DNA of 64,000 nucleotides from Gekko japonicus (taxonomy: Eukaryota). The DNA lies in assembly GCF_001447785.1 (NCBI RefSeq), contig NW_015172561.1, forward strand, positions 619,911 through 683,910. The letters run 5' to 3'. The notes under the pieces are model-generated. The model worked only from the letters and a program-made list of their open reading frames with translations, searched no databases and was not told where the DNA came from. The position numbers and the translations under genes were made by a program. Positions 12,171-25,165 of the stretch are shown in pieces (position 1 is the stretch's first letter; every line of letters begins with the position of its first letter).

Positions 12171-13567
12171 TTACTATTGCAGTAGTATATGGAACCTATG
12201 TGTTTAAGAGGTGGGCTTAGGTCCTAGGTGGAACTCCTTCTCTTCACAAGAATGGGTGTGTCTTCTAGAATATACTAGTTAGAACTGGTTGTTGTTAGTT
12301 AGGAGTTGGACTCCAGCCCAAGTTAAGAAGATTTTGGAGACATCATGTTCTGGTCTTAGGGCAGACCATTTACCCTCCTCCACCTCCACTTTGCAGAGGA
12401 GAGAAACACCATAGTTGCCATATGTTTTTACCTAGAAAGGAGATGAAAGGAGGCTTCCACAAGCTGTTGGCAAGTGGTTCTTAACCTACTTGAGAAACTG
12501 AGTGTGGCCATATTGTGATAATTGTTTTAAAACAGTCAGATAGTACCTGTTTTATTTCATCATTAGGTAATGGACTGGCCCCAGGCTTCTGACAACTGGA
12601 TTGATTAAATGGCTTCTTTTGTGGACTCTGACAAGCTGAGAAGCAACACCGGGAATCCTAAAAGGCATCTCCTTGGCTTTTGCCCAGATATTTGCTCAAA
12701 CTGGAAGCTCAGCAACATAAGTGAAAGTATTTTTTCCTGTTTGCGAGACATTAAATGTAGAATCGACAAATTGTAGGTGCTTTAAAAATCTATAAAGTAT
12801 GATGGAGCAGAACTGAACTGTTCTCTCATATTACGGTTGCTATTAGCATTAAAAAGTATTTCAGTTTGAGAAGCAAAATAAACATTTAGACTGTCCTATC
12901 CTTATTTGCACTGAATAGTACCTAGAACAGACTTACAACCAGTTAACGCAGCAAGATTTCACATGATAAACTGTAACATAAACTGTAAAATCGTGGCCTG
13001 GGGAAAAATCCTCTCTTCCCTGATTAAGTTTTAGGGTTGCCAACCTCCAGGTGAGGCCTAGTGTGTTGTGTTCCTAGGGTTTGGTATCAGGATAAGGAGG
13101 AAGCATAGTTTTAAACAGGAGCACAATTTAATAAATCTGATTCTTTCTGTATGTGGAGCTGCAGTAACAACTTTCTTTTTCTCTATTCTTGCCCACACTA
13201 AATCTTGGATTAGGCTAAGGCAGTCTAAAAAAACTGGCGCAGATTAAAGGAACAGAGTTGTGACAGATATCATATCCTTTTACCTCAGACACGAAACTGT
13301 GCCCATATACTCAGAAACTTAAAACATTCCCATATCTACACAAACCTAGTAACTATACACACATATTTGAGAAAAATGATAGAGAACGAACAACACAAAT
13401 TAACCAATAGAGATAACTGAGCAGATAAATTTGAAGTCCCAAATACATCTCAATTCATGGGATACAATCCTGGAAATACTTTGGCACATGAAGGTTAGTC
13501 CTTTGAGGGTAAGGCTGATTGCTTGTTTCTGAAGCTGCTGGTGCTTCTGGATTATATAGAATGGAAG

Positions 13568-13962
13568 CAGGGCTATTTTGGGGCAGGAACGCACAGGAAC
13601 GGAGTTCCGGCTGGCTCCCTAGTTGGCCACACCCAGCAGAAACGTATTAGCATAATAGGCCACACCCAACAGCAGAAACTCATTAGGATTGGCTACATTG
13701 GGGGGGGGTGGCCTAACATGCAAAGGAGTTCCTGCTACAAAAAAGCCTTGGGTTTTGACAACAAACAAAGTAAACAGAATAAGAAGGGAAAGGTGGGTGT
13801 GGCTGGATGACAACACTTCTGGTGACATGGTGGTGTGGCCTAATGCGCTAATGAGCTGTGCTGTCAGGGGTGTGGCCTAATATGCTAATAAGTTTCTGCT
13901 GTTGGGTGTGGCCTATTATGCTAATGAGTTCCTGCTGGGCTCTTTCTACAAAAAGAGCCCTG
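13568..13962. mobile_element. hAT MITE with 8-bp TSD
   Basis: TIR CAGGGCT...AGCCCTG; TSD AATGGAAG at 13560-13567 and 13963-13970. Confidence 0.9.
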
Positions 13963-14875
13963 AATGGAAGTGATTGATGGGGTGGCATCATCACTATGAG
14001 GGAAATCATCATCATCATCTGATCTGGGAAACTAAATACTATGACGTGGTTTAAGGTCAGACACATTTCTTGGGACTCTATGGCTTCTTCTCTGGGCTGT
14101 AATTGTTGTGCCATTTATAAGCATGACTAGTTATGGTCCAGGACAGAAGAAACTCACTGTGAGAATTTGTTTCTAGGATGAATGTTCTTTACAAGAAACA
14201 CGTCTTCCACTTTGAAGGGTACTACTATGGTCTGCCTGCATTGGTCAGCACATTGTGTTATTGCAAGCTTTTCCTCCTCACGACGTTGGCATAGGGACAC
14301 ATCTTTGCATGGGATGTCAATTTGAAGCAATTTTGTCTGTAACTTTCTTTCAAGCACAATAGTAGCTGGTGCCATGCCAGTGGAACAATAACAAGTTGTT
14401 TGATTACTGCGGAGAAACCTGAATAGTTCTTGCTTCATGTTGGCTGCAGCAATCTATAAAACTTTCTTGAGTGTCCACATAAATCTCTCAGCCTCTCCAT
14501 GTGCTGTGGCAAGCATGGTGTGATTTTGCTGTGTTTGAATCCAAGAAAATTTGAAAACGGCAGACTTTGAAAAGGTGGCCTATTATCACTTTTGTACTGT
14601 ACTAGCATACATTAGCTGGTATGCTATAAAATGAAGAACAAAATCTTGTACACTTGTACATACAGCATTTGCTGAAGTAGTGATGAGCATTTCTACCTCT
14701 GAATACTAGCCACAGTCATCAATAATAACCAAAAAATGATCACCACTGAAAAAAATTACAGAAACCCACACTGACCTTGACCCATGGAGATGGAGGTAGT
14801 GGAGAAGTTTGCAACGGGGCACAGCAGTTCTATGGAAATACTATTTGGCACAGTGCGCAAGATTTTACACATTCA

Positions 14876-15319
14876 GGCCCTGGTCACACTAGGGGGAAAG
14901 GCACGGCTGAAGTGCGGCTTTTTAGAGCTGCAGAAAATGAGAAGCGCTGCAGCGGCATCAGACAGATCCCCCGAGCCACCGCGCATATGCTCCCCAGCAT
15001 GATCAGATGCGAGGGGGAAGCCACGGACAGGAGAGCAAGGTGAGGCTGATGCGCATGTGTGCGCCTGTGCAGTTTGGCAGGGGACCTCGCATGCTGCGGG
15101 AGACGGGCACGTCGGCGATCAAACAGCTGCTTGTGCAGCGGATATTCCGGTAGGTAGTAGTGCTTAGCAGGTTTATTTTAACTCCGCATCTTTGGCCGGA
15201 AGAGACAGATCGGGGACGGGTGCGCGCCGCTTCCCAGATGTTGCGGTGTGATCGCGCCCACCTGATGCACCCCCGATCCGTCCCTCTTGCGGATTTAATC
15301 TTCCCGTGTGACCGGGGCC
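14876..15319. mobile_element. PIF/Harbinger-like MITE
   Basis: TIR GGCCCTGGTCACAC / GTGTGACCGGGGCC; homologous in inverted orientation to 28044-28485; its removal restores the Gypsy integrase frame. Confidence 0.8.
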
Positions 15320-15590
15320 AACGTCAGGTTATCAGTCTTAGGAAAACTATACTTTTGTCTTAGCAAAACTTTGGTTTTAACTATTTCTTGGGGACCTTCA
15401 TGAGCTAGATCAAGTGCATGCTTCCACAGTGAATGTGGGATAACTAATCATGTGCCTCGAAGGAAGAGGTTACTTTCTGTAACAATAAATTCACTCCTAA
15501 CATTAGTGAAACAGCAGATCACTTCTTTTTCTGTTTGGAGCTGCTACAGTAAGAACTTTCCTTTTCTCTTTTCCACCACTTACTAGTAGA

Positions 15591-15851
15591 CAGGGCTATT
15601 TTTGGGCAGGAACGCACAGGAACGGAGTTCCGGCTGGCTCCCAAGTTGGCCATGCCCAGCAGGAACTCATTAGCATAACAGGCCACACCCAACAGCAGAA
15701 ACTCATTCGGATTGGCTACATTAGGAGTGTGTGGCCTAACATGCAAAGGAGTTCCTGCTACAAAAAAAGCCCTGGGTTTTGACAACAAACAAGGTAAACA
15801 GAATAAGAAGCAAAAGGTGGGTGTGGCTGGATGACCACACTTCTGGTAACA
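15591..15851. mobile_element. hAT MITE (same family as 13568-13962), truncated by the assembly gap
   Basis: Closely similar to 13568-13826. Confidence 0.85.
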
Positions 15852-15950
15852 NNNNNNNNNNNNNNNNNNNNNNNNNNNNNNNNNNNNNNNNNNNNNNNNN
15901 NNNNNNNNNNNNNNNNNNNNNNNNNNNNNNNNNNNNNNNNNNNNNNNNNN
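15852..15950. other. Assembly gap (99 N)
   Basis: Run of N. Confidence 1.
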
Positions 15951-18217
15951 GGAAAGGCGGTTTCTCTTTTCCACCACATACTAGTAGACCAGGTCAGTTT
16001 AAAACACTGGCCTGGATCACATGAGTTGTCACGAACACCACATGGAGTTCTTTGAAAATTTAGCTGACTCCAGACAGCACAGGTTGGCAGAAGCCCACAA
16101 AACCAGGGGATCCCCTGCCCCCAACCGGGGACTGGCAACCCTAGGCAGTGGGAGGGGAAAAACAACAACACTGCCAGCCTCTGTGCAGGTACATCACTTC
16201 CAGGTTGTACCAGGAAGTGATACAGTGACATTGCTGATGTCACCCCCCATTTCCCCCCACTGGCAACCCTAGGATTAACTAGGGTTAACTAAGAAGCTAG
16301 AATGGTTCACTGAGGCAGCTCTTCACCACTGCTATCTATTAATATCCTTGAGGCCTTTTTACATATTCTGCAAATCCCCCATGCTATCAGATTCCCCAGT
16401 GATTCAGGAGTTTTTATATAAAGCTGCCTAATATTGTTTCAGATAGTGAATGGCCCCTTCCATTCATCTTTTATGTTAACATGTGCTGCAGAGATTGCCT
16501 TGAGCCTCAGTAGCCATGTTAGTCTTCAGCAAAAAATGGCAAAGCCCTGACACATCGAAGACTAATGCCTTTGTCGTATGAGCTTTCATAGCCAGCATCC
16601 AGGCAAATAAGATGATTTTAAAGTCTGTGCCCTTGTGGTTGACATTTGGTTCTATTCTAGTGTCAGAAGCTGTGTCAAAGGATATGAGTTTGTGTTGAAA
16701 GGTGGTTGTTGTTTTTTTAACGTAGTTCCCAACCTATTGGGCTGGAGTACTGATTTATGGCCAAGACAGGGGGAGGGACAGTCTTTTCTCACCTGCTCCA
16801 TAGTGTCCTGGGGAGTGTCCTTATTCTCTAATTGGTCTGGTCTGTTAACTGGTTAGACTGTAACTAGTTTTGGCATATGGTATAGTACAGGTGGTATAGT
16901 ATAGTACAGACAGGGATAATTGGCAAGAACCTGGAGCCATCTAAGGATTGAGGGGGGTGCTGTTCCCAAGCAAGCCCATCATTTACTCAAGTGGCCTGAG
17001 GGACTGGAGGGGGAACCCCCTTGGAGGTTCAGCAGCATCAGTTGAGTCCTGAGTTACTCAAGCAGCACATGGGGAGAGGGAGAGGAGGCTTAACACCTCT
17101 TGGCACTGTTTTACATGCAGGTGCTGTGGTAATATTGGTTAAGTTTGGAGCCAGGGTAGTTTTGCCCCAAAAGCTGGTAGCCATGGTAGGCTGGTTGTTA
17201 GCACCAACTCACATTAATTCAGGGATATTCAACTGATGTAGACCAGCCATTAATAAACTAATTAACCCACATACTGATGTCTCATGTCCCTATTTGGTTA
17301 TCCTGCATATGCTATCATTGCATTCACACCCTAAAGACAAATTCTGAGCATGGATTCATGCAGCTGATTTGCTGGAGTAAAGCAGTGGAAATAACATGTG
17401 CAAAGCTTTGTCCCAAAGCAGCCACACATCGGATGGCCTTCTGTGTAGGCCCTTATTATACTAGCAAGTGCTTTCATAGAAGAATAGTCTTTGTAATAAC
17501 AGGCATCATTATAGTGGATGAAACACAGTGCTTCTTATAAGAGCATTCAAATTCCTCAACTCGTTCAACAGAAATCATTGTGTACTGCCAACTTTAACAC
17601 AAACTGTTTCTGTAAATAGCATATATTTCTTGCACAATTATAGAAATATGCCACAAGTAATTCTAAAGAGTGCCGTTTTTCATTTTCTTTTGTTGCAATT
17701 CAAAACAGACATAATTATAGGAGACACTAGTACCTACCAACAGATTTCATGTCCAAGGACAAATTGTTACCTTGGGTTGTACATATATATAGTAGGGTAA
17801 CACAGGATGACAATGGAGAGTTCAGTTCTCAGTGACTAAATTCATAAAGCAAAGGGAGGCTAGAGCTATGGACCACAATTTTTCAAAAAAAGAGAGAAAG
17901 GCAGCTACCAGAAGAAGGCCTAAAAAAACAGAAATCTAGAAATATTGAGCTAATTATATTAAAACATCCAAGCTGTGGAAGCTAACGGAATATTCGCAGT
18001 GTATAAGCTAACTGGGTTTAAAATATTAATGTTAATGCTCCCATTCCAGCCTTATTAAATGATGCTAGTCGGATATAATAACTATAGAGGTTTAACCATA
18101 GAGTTTCCAGTGATTCCTAGAGAAGTGTGATGTTACTTCTTGGTTTCCCCCAGTAATAACATCGTGCCCATGTTCCTTTCCCCCCAGGTCTCCCACTTTC
18201 CCCCCAGGTCTCCCACG

Positions 18218-18462
18218 GAGAGCCAGCATGGTGTAGTGGTTAAGAATGGTGGACTCTGATCTGGAGAACAGGGTTTGATTCCCTACTCCTCCACATGAAG
18301 CCTGCTGGGTGACCTTGGGCCAGTCAGTTTTCTCTGAACTCTCTCAGCCCCAACTACCTCACAAGGTCTCTGTTGTGGGGCGAGGAAGGGAGGGTGATTG
18401 TAAGCCACTTTGAGACTCCTTATAGCAGAGAAAACTGGGGTATAAAAACCAACTCTTCTTCT
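18218..18462 (+). mobile_element. Full-length CORE/MIR-like squamate SINE (Squam3-like)
   Basis: A-box TGGTGTAGTGG, B-box GGTTTGATTCC, CORE GGGTGACCTTGGGCCAGTC, L2-like tail and a (CTT)n end. Confidence 0.85.
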
Positions 18463-19399
18463 GGTTGCCAGGTCAGGCCTGACAACCCTACTTACAGTGC
18501 AGTCTTAAACACAGTTACAGCCTTGTAAACCAATTGACTCCAGTGGACTCAGAACGGTGTAACTCTGCTGTCTTAATAGGAATAATTCACTAATGTGCAT
18601 TCTAACACTATCTTCGCTACCTAATGAGAAGACTGTGTATGCTGATTGCTTGCACACAAAAACTACCAAAACTGCAAAATATAACTTACAAAAGTAGTTT
18701 ATTTGCCAAGGTAGAATCTGCCCAGGACTCTGAAGCATAGAAAGCAATTTACTCAGTGAAGTCTGTACAAACAGATTAAGCTTCTTGACAAAATATATAT
18801 TTTAAATTTTCAGCAAAGATATCAAGATGATCCAAGGAGGCAGGGATCCTCAGTCTTATTAAATCTGTGGACAGTTTTAGAATTTTGAGAACACGGAATG
18901 GCTGCCACCACAAAATGGCTGCCATGGACAGTCAGGGCCAATAATAAAACAGCTGTCATGGGCTACTGGGATAAGTCACAATATACTAGGAAGTTGCAAG
19001 CCAAACATCCTCCTGGTATGAAGACAGTTGTTTCTGGGTACTTCTGCTGCAATGAGGTGGAGGAATGCCAGGACTTAATCTTTGTCTGGGGAAGAGATGC
19101 TTTGGGGAAGAAGCAAATAGGCACCAGGAAACCCAACAGGAGGTACCATGGGCACCGCACTGGGGATCATTGCAATGAGGGGTTCAGCTTCGTTGTAAAT
19201 GAGCACTTCTGTCATGGTAAGTCTGAGTGTTGACTATATTCCTATTCATGGTGGCAGTATCTCTAGCCCCTACTGAACAGCATGTGTGTATTTGGCAGGG
19301 GAGTGGTAGCCAGCACCAGTAGTGGGAAGAGTACGATGGCAACAGACCTTGCAGGGCACTGTTCGCCACTAAGCAGCTATGCGGTATTGTGCAAGCAGT

Positions 19400-20100
19400 T
19401 CCCCCTGTCACCATCTCATAATGCCTTCCAGTATGATCACCAGGTCCTTCTCCCCTTTGATTACTGCTCAAGGGCATAACCCTTCTTACCCCAGTGCCAA
19501 CAGAGAGCTGATATTGTCCTCTTTCCATTCTCACATGCCTGAGCTAAATTCTTAGTTTGCAGATTTAATATCCTCGGTGGCCTCAACATCTCCTGGCTCT
19601 TTGGTATTATTTTTGTCTTTTGCTGGTATACATTCAAAGTCATGCTTTTCTCTCTCCTGGAATCAGTCCTTTCTCTATCGATTAGGAAGTCATCCACTAA
19701 AATATCAGAATGTGTACTTTGCAAATAGACTTCTAGTTTTAAGAACAGCTTTTATAAAGCTTCCTTACTCTGTGACATCTCTCTTCTCAGGACAGAGGGT
19801 ATGTGTATTTCCCCCACTGGGACCACCTCTGGTTGGGAAAATAGCGTGGGGGAACTCTGAAGCCCCTTTTCATGCATACCATGGTACCAATCTGATTTTG
19901 CTACCACACACACGGGAACTGACGAGAATACACAACTCATGTGTCTCACTGTTACACAGGATGGGAACCCCTGCTTCAACCTGTGTGCAGATGTGAAATG
20001 ACCTCAATACACAGACTTCTGTTCCCTCTTTTGCAGGAAAACCATCTAAAACTTCACCCTGCTTCCTACTGTAAGCCTGACAGTCCGTCAATTTTAGGCT
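19400..20100 (-). mobile_element. Highly decayed LTR-retroelement gag region
   Basis: CWHWGKKGYALEQ* has exact CX2CX4HX4C zinc-knuckle spacing (19461-19502); upstream RKQGEVLDGF resembles a major-homology-region motif. Confidence 0.4.
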
Positions 20101-21238
20101 TCACAGCCCTATTTTGTGTAGTAAAACCCACTGCTTATTCCTAAGTAAGCATGCGTGGAATTGCAGCAACCATTTGACAAAAGCTGCATTGCATTGCAAG
20201 AGTTTTGTTGAAAGGCCTTAGAAGGGATAAATTATGGATCATAAACATATTAGATCAAGATGCTAAGCGTCATCCATGTGCAACAATCAGTGAAGAGTGA
20301 AAGGGTGCTTATCCAAGAATTCAATACGATGTCATCAGTCATCAAAAACTACCCAGTACTAACGCTGACAGAATAAGAATAACACAAATAATGGCAAAAG
20401 GTTTTTTTTTTTAAAGCTTCCCTATAGCCAGCCTATAAAGAAGCTCAGCTTTTGCGTCTGCTTCTGTAGGCAGTCCTGTCTCCTGCAATCCACCTATGGC
20501 TTGCTGAATGAATTGCCCTTTTATTTGATGGAGTGTCTCTGACTGCTCACTGAATAATTTCTTTACTATGCTTCTATCTTTTGTCTCTCGGGTTTGCTTT
20601 ACTTGAGAGGGAATAATCATTTGTAATATTAATTATATACTTGAAATGATATAGCTGCTACATTTATCCAAGTGTATCTATACAAGAGCGTTATTGCCTC
20701 TTCTGTTGATTCCTTTCTTTCCCAGATTTTGTTCCTTACATTTGAGACAGATGTACCGTTGGTAAGAAGTCACTGGGATACATAACCTTGGAAGAGGTAA
20801 CTTTCTGATGTGATGTATTTTTCCCCCAGAGCTATTTTTGTTTAACCTGAGTTGGCCTAAAATTTCTGTACTAGTCAAAAAGAAAAAGTACCATTCGTGC
20901 AGATCTTGTTACTGAAGAGCTTTGTTGACCCTGCCAGTTCCTATTCAGCTATCGTTTCAACACATGCTGTTGTCCTTGCTTCGGCCAGCAAAGTTTCAGT
21001 TATCTCTTATTCAGCAAGAATGACTGAATTTCAGCCTGGCTCTAATTCCCAAACACTTGCAAAATATAAAATCTCAGGTTCAGGATATAAACATTAACAA
21101 AGCAAAAACTGAATTGCTCGATACATATCTGGCTTTTTCGCCTACTTCTCTTCCTTTTATCTCTCTGGCTTCTTATTGGTAATCTTAATGAACACCCACT
21201 TCAAAACTGCTAAGTCAGCTGTAGCTAGTAACTATACC

Positions 21239-21817
21239 TGTAGCAATGAGAATATAAAAACAAGAGGCTAAATGAAAAAGATATGACAACTAATTTTAAA
21301 TTAATTTTAAACTGCCCGAAAGCGAGCAGGGCTGAAGCACGGCTCGCCAGCTCAGAGACGCAGTGCAGCCAGCTAGGAGGGAGAGAGGGCAGGCCGGAGG
21401 GCGGTGGCTCCTGAGGTGCATGTGCAGCCTGAGGGGGGGGTGCCCCCGGAAACCCTCAAAGGCCTAACCAATGGAGATGGAAGAAAGGGGGGTGTCTGAT
21501 GCCTGTGGTGGGTAGGACAGGGCAGAGGCGCTGTCTCCTCCAGCCCCAAGGAGGCCTGCACTTTGCTTGGCTTTTTGCACAGGTAGCTGGAGCCACAAGA
21601 GCCTCTCCCCCCCCCAAGTTTTCAGGGCACCCCTCTTTCCTGCAGAGGGGGGGCAGTGTGTGTGTTTATATATTTGCAGGTGAGTAAGGCCTGGGGTTTG
21701 GCACTCTCTTTCTCCCTCCCTCTCCCCTACCAGGTGAATGCTGACCTTTTAAATCATATTTAGTAATCCGAAGAAATGGTGAAACAAAAAAACCCTGGTA
21801 GCCTGGGTGACCCCACA
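21239..21817 (-). mobile_element. Possible old LTR (candidate 5' LTR of the gag relic)
   Basis: Minus strand reads TGTGGGG...TTGCTACA with TATAAA at ~21665 and a GC-rich body; no TSD or partner LTR found. Confidence 0.3.
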
Positions 21818-22339
21818 CTGAACAAAAGGTCTCTTTCCAAGGTCTTAGACAAGTCATGGGTCATGATGCAATCCCATGAGTACAAATTATATCACTCTAG
21901 AACTATATTCTATCCTTCCTCTCTGTGGCACATGCAAGCACCTCTGGTTTGCAGCCAAACTGAAGAAGGAGGATTTATACCCTGCCCTTCACTCAGAGTG
22001 GCTTACAATCTCCTTCCCTTCCTCTCCCCACAACAGACCAGGCAGAACTGGCTCTTTGCTTTGATGATGTCATGCTTTGCCCACATACACCATGAAAATA
22101 ATTAAGTATACAATCAGCACTTTTAGATAAAGTAGCAGTTGCTGGACTAAAGTAGCAGTTGCTGGACTAAGATTTGAATACTTATGCATTAAAAAGAAAA
22201 AGCTCCCTCTACATATAAAATTTTCATTTTAGGATGAAGGTAACCATTGTCCTTAAATGATATTTTTTAATGTGCAGAAAGGTTCGTTCCATGCCTAAAC
22301 TTTCAAACATTTATTCCCAACACATTTTATGTTATTTTA

Positions 22340-24000
22340 TTGATTTATTTTTATTTTATTAGATTTATGTATCACCCTCCCCAAACGGACTCAGGGCGGT
22401 GTACAACAATGAAAATAATACAGTTAAAATAATATTAAAATAACAATTTACACATAGTAATATCATATCATAAAATACCATGCAAAGAGAGATCAGATGT
22501 TAAAGCAATTCAATATCTAATCAGATGTCCAGTCAGGATCAAGCCACTGATGGATGGATGGCCAAAAAAGCTGGGGTGGGACGTCCACTGTCTCAACCAA
22601 ATGGCCAGTGGAAGACCTCCATCTTACAGGCCCTAAGGAATTGCAATAAGTCCCGTGGGGGCCTGATCTCGTAGGGGAGCTTATTGCACCAGAGGGGGGC
22701 CAGGGCCTTTTTGGCCGAGAATTATCAGGTGTCCCTGGGGCTGGGGACCACTAAAAGATGTTGGTTTGTAGACCTCAGTGCCTTCCGGGGCTCATATGGG
22801 GAGAGGCGGTCTCACAGGTATGCTGGCCCCTGGCCATATAGGGATTTAAAGATAAGCATCAGCACCTTGAAACGGATCCAGAATTCAATAGGCAGCCAGT
22901 GCAGTTTGCGCAGCACTGGGTGGATACGAGCCCACACAGGTGTCATCATCAGCACCCACACGGCCGCATTCTGCACTAGCTGAAACTTCCAGAGCAGAGT
23001 CAAGGGCAGCCCCACATAGAGAGAGTTATGGTAATCCATTCTGGAAGTGACCATTGCATGGGTCTCTGTAGCTAGGTCTCGGGGAGTAAGATATGGGGCT
23101 AACTGCCTAATCTGCCTCAGATAGAAAAAGGCAGACCTGGCAGTGGCAGTGACCTGGGTCTCCGTGGAGAGGGAGGCATCCAGGAATACCCCCAGACTCT
23201 TCACACACCAATGGAGCCCCATCGAAGGTTGGGAGCCTGATCCCCTGACCCAATCCCCCACGACTCAGGTACAGGACCTCTGTCTTAGATGGATTTAACT
23301 TCAGTCAGCTCTGTTGTAACCATCCAGCCACAGCCTGTAATGCCTCACTGAGGTGTCCTGAGGTGTCCTGGGGCCATGTCCGGGCAGCCGTCCATCAGCC
23401 GGTAGAGCTGGGTGTCATCCGCATACTGGTGACAACCCAACCCATATCTCCGGATAATCTGGGCGAGGGGGCACATGACATGTTAAACAACATGGGGGAG
23501 AGAATCACTCCCTGCGGAACACCACATTCTAGTGGATTCCGCTGGGATAACTCCCCCCCCAAGTGCCACCCTCTGTCCCCAACCCTGAAGGAAGGAGGTT
23601 ATCCACTCCAAGGCAAGTCCCCATATCCAGGTGTTGGTGAGGCGGTGGGTTAACACTTCATGGTCAACCATATCGAATGCTGCTGATAGATCGAGAAGTA
23701 TCGGCAGTGCCGAACTGCCTCGATCCAGGTGTCCCTGGAGATCATCCACCAGGGTGATCAGCACCGTCTCTGTCTCATGGGTGGGGTGAAAGCCAGACTG
23801 GAAGGGATCCAGGACCTTAGCCTCATCCAAGAAAACCTAAAGTTGTGTTGCCACTGCCCTCTCTACCACCTTACCCAAAAATGGTAAATTGGATACTGTG
23901 CGGTAGTTATTAAGGATTGTCGGGTCCAGAGAAGCTTTTTAAAGAAGAGGGCAGACTACTGCCTCCTTCAGTCCTCCTGGGAAGGTCCCCGTTGAGAGTG
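22340..24000 (-). mobile_element. L2-clade LINE, 5'-truncated; RT C-terminal half and 3' UTR
   Basis: ORFs with LDPFQSGF..HETETVL..LLDLSAAFDMVDH and VKSLGVFLD..FQLVQNAA..LHWLPIEFWIRFK; tail GTACACCGCCCTGAG..(TAAA)-like. Confidence 0.92.
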
Positions 24001-24067
24001 TAATGGAATGTAGTGTAAATAAACTTCAGGAAACACATTTTAAAATATCTCTATGGTTCTCTTTCTA

Positions 24068-25030
24068 ACCTAAGAGAAGCCATGATGGATCAGGCCAATG
24101 GCCCATCTGGTCCAAAACTCTGTGTCACACAGTGGCCCCAAACCCAGGTTCCATCAGGAGGTCCACCAGCAGGGACAGAATTCCAGAGGCCCTCCTACTG
24201 TTGACCCCTAAGCACCAAGAATACAGAGCATCACTGCCCCAGACATTGGGTGCGGTCAGACGGCGTGCTGGGAGTGGTTTAAATTTCTCCGGTCCTGATG
24301 CGTTTTTTTAACCTGGAGAATCGCGATCACACTCACCTCCTTGCTCCGGATCACTGCACAGCCACATCGCTCCCTGTTGTCCACATGTGGGAGCGTGCGT
24401 TGGTGTTGTTTCTCTCTCTCTCTCAGTTAGGGCATGCACACAGGCAGCCATCTGTAGAACTAAATTTTTTGCATGTGCGCAGAACAGCGATTTTCACTTC
24501 AACCCGACTGCTGTAACACTTCCCTTTAAACTTTAAAGTAACACTTCCCTTTAAACGTTTACCCTGAAAATGGCCTCTGTGGGATCTCGAACTTGTTTAA
24601 ATGCTAAAACTAGGCACCGTTTAAACATTGTTTCTAATAACACGGTGGTGGACCTCTGCCTATGCGCACACTGGCAATGCTTTAACAAAAATGGCGGGGG
24701 AAAAGCGGAAACCTCGGGCAGCTTTCGAGCGGGGAGTGGGTTTAAACCGGAAGTGGCTCGACACCGCAGGAGTGATCAGACAGCGGCTGGAACCAGATAG
24801 TGCGGCTGGAACCGGAGAATCAAAAACACACCACTTGGGGATACCTGGTATCAAAATCCTCTGGGTTAAAGCGGTTTTGAGCCGGAAAGTGACGGCTGGG
24901 GACAGGAGACAGATGTTGACTGTGTGATCGCACAGATAAAATCCGTTTCTGAGGCGGACTAAACAGCCCTTCTGAACGCACCCTTAGTGTTCCATCTATA
25001 CCTTGTGACTAATAGTCACTGATGGATCTC
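24068..25030 (-). mobile_element. CR1 3' UTR fragment interrupted by a MITE
   Basis: Matches the CR1 tail at 35011-35080 and 35638-35810; split at 24248-24983. Confidence 0.7.
24248..24983. mobile_element. PIF/Harbinger-like non-autonomous element, CpG-rich
   Basis: TIR GGGTGCGGTCAGA / TCTGAACGCACCC. Confidence 0.7.
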
Positions 25031-25165
25031 TTGTGATTCTTAAAGTCAGATTTGTGTCCATTTATCCTTTGGCATGGGGTTTGACCTGTTTGCCCTATGT
25101 AGAAAATGGAAGGGAATTGTTGGCATTTAATGGCGTATTGTATATAATATATATCATTAAATGAC
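25031..25165 (-). mobile_element. Penelope GIY-YIG endonuclease fragment
   Basis: YAIKCQQFPSIFYIGQTGQTPCQRINGHKSDFKNH in ORF 25009-25410. Confidence 0.85.

Larger units (their letters stand above)
13440..15555 (-). mobile_element. Decayed Ty3/Gypsy pol 3' region (integrase), interrupted by two MITEs
   Basis: Manual minus-strand translation gives LFLRGT*LVIPHSLWKHALDLAHEGPQEIVKTKVLLRQK | CVKSCALCQ...PWVKVSVGF...FLVIIDD...SDNRPPFQS...HGEAERFMWTLKK...FLRSNQTTCYCSTGMAPA...FKVEDVFLVKN. This matches the integrase zinc-binding, DDE-core and C-terminal motifs, with stops and frameshifts. Confidence 0.85.

Noticed and set aside
17545-17610. MISVERVEEF on the minus strand, resembling an ABCC transporter motif
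   Set aside because: Flanking residues do not match, there is an upstream in-frame stop, and no other ABC exons are present.
18218-18290. tRNA-like A/B boxes here and in other SINE heads
   Set aside because: They continue into SINE bodies and are not tRNA genes.
18898-19233. ORF ending near a GTAAGT donor
   Set aside because: No recognisable protein and no acceptor; it borders retroelement relic sequence.
22130-22171. Short tandem duplications (also 18177-18216 and 24513-24556)
   Set aside because: Ordinary slippage-type duplications.
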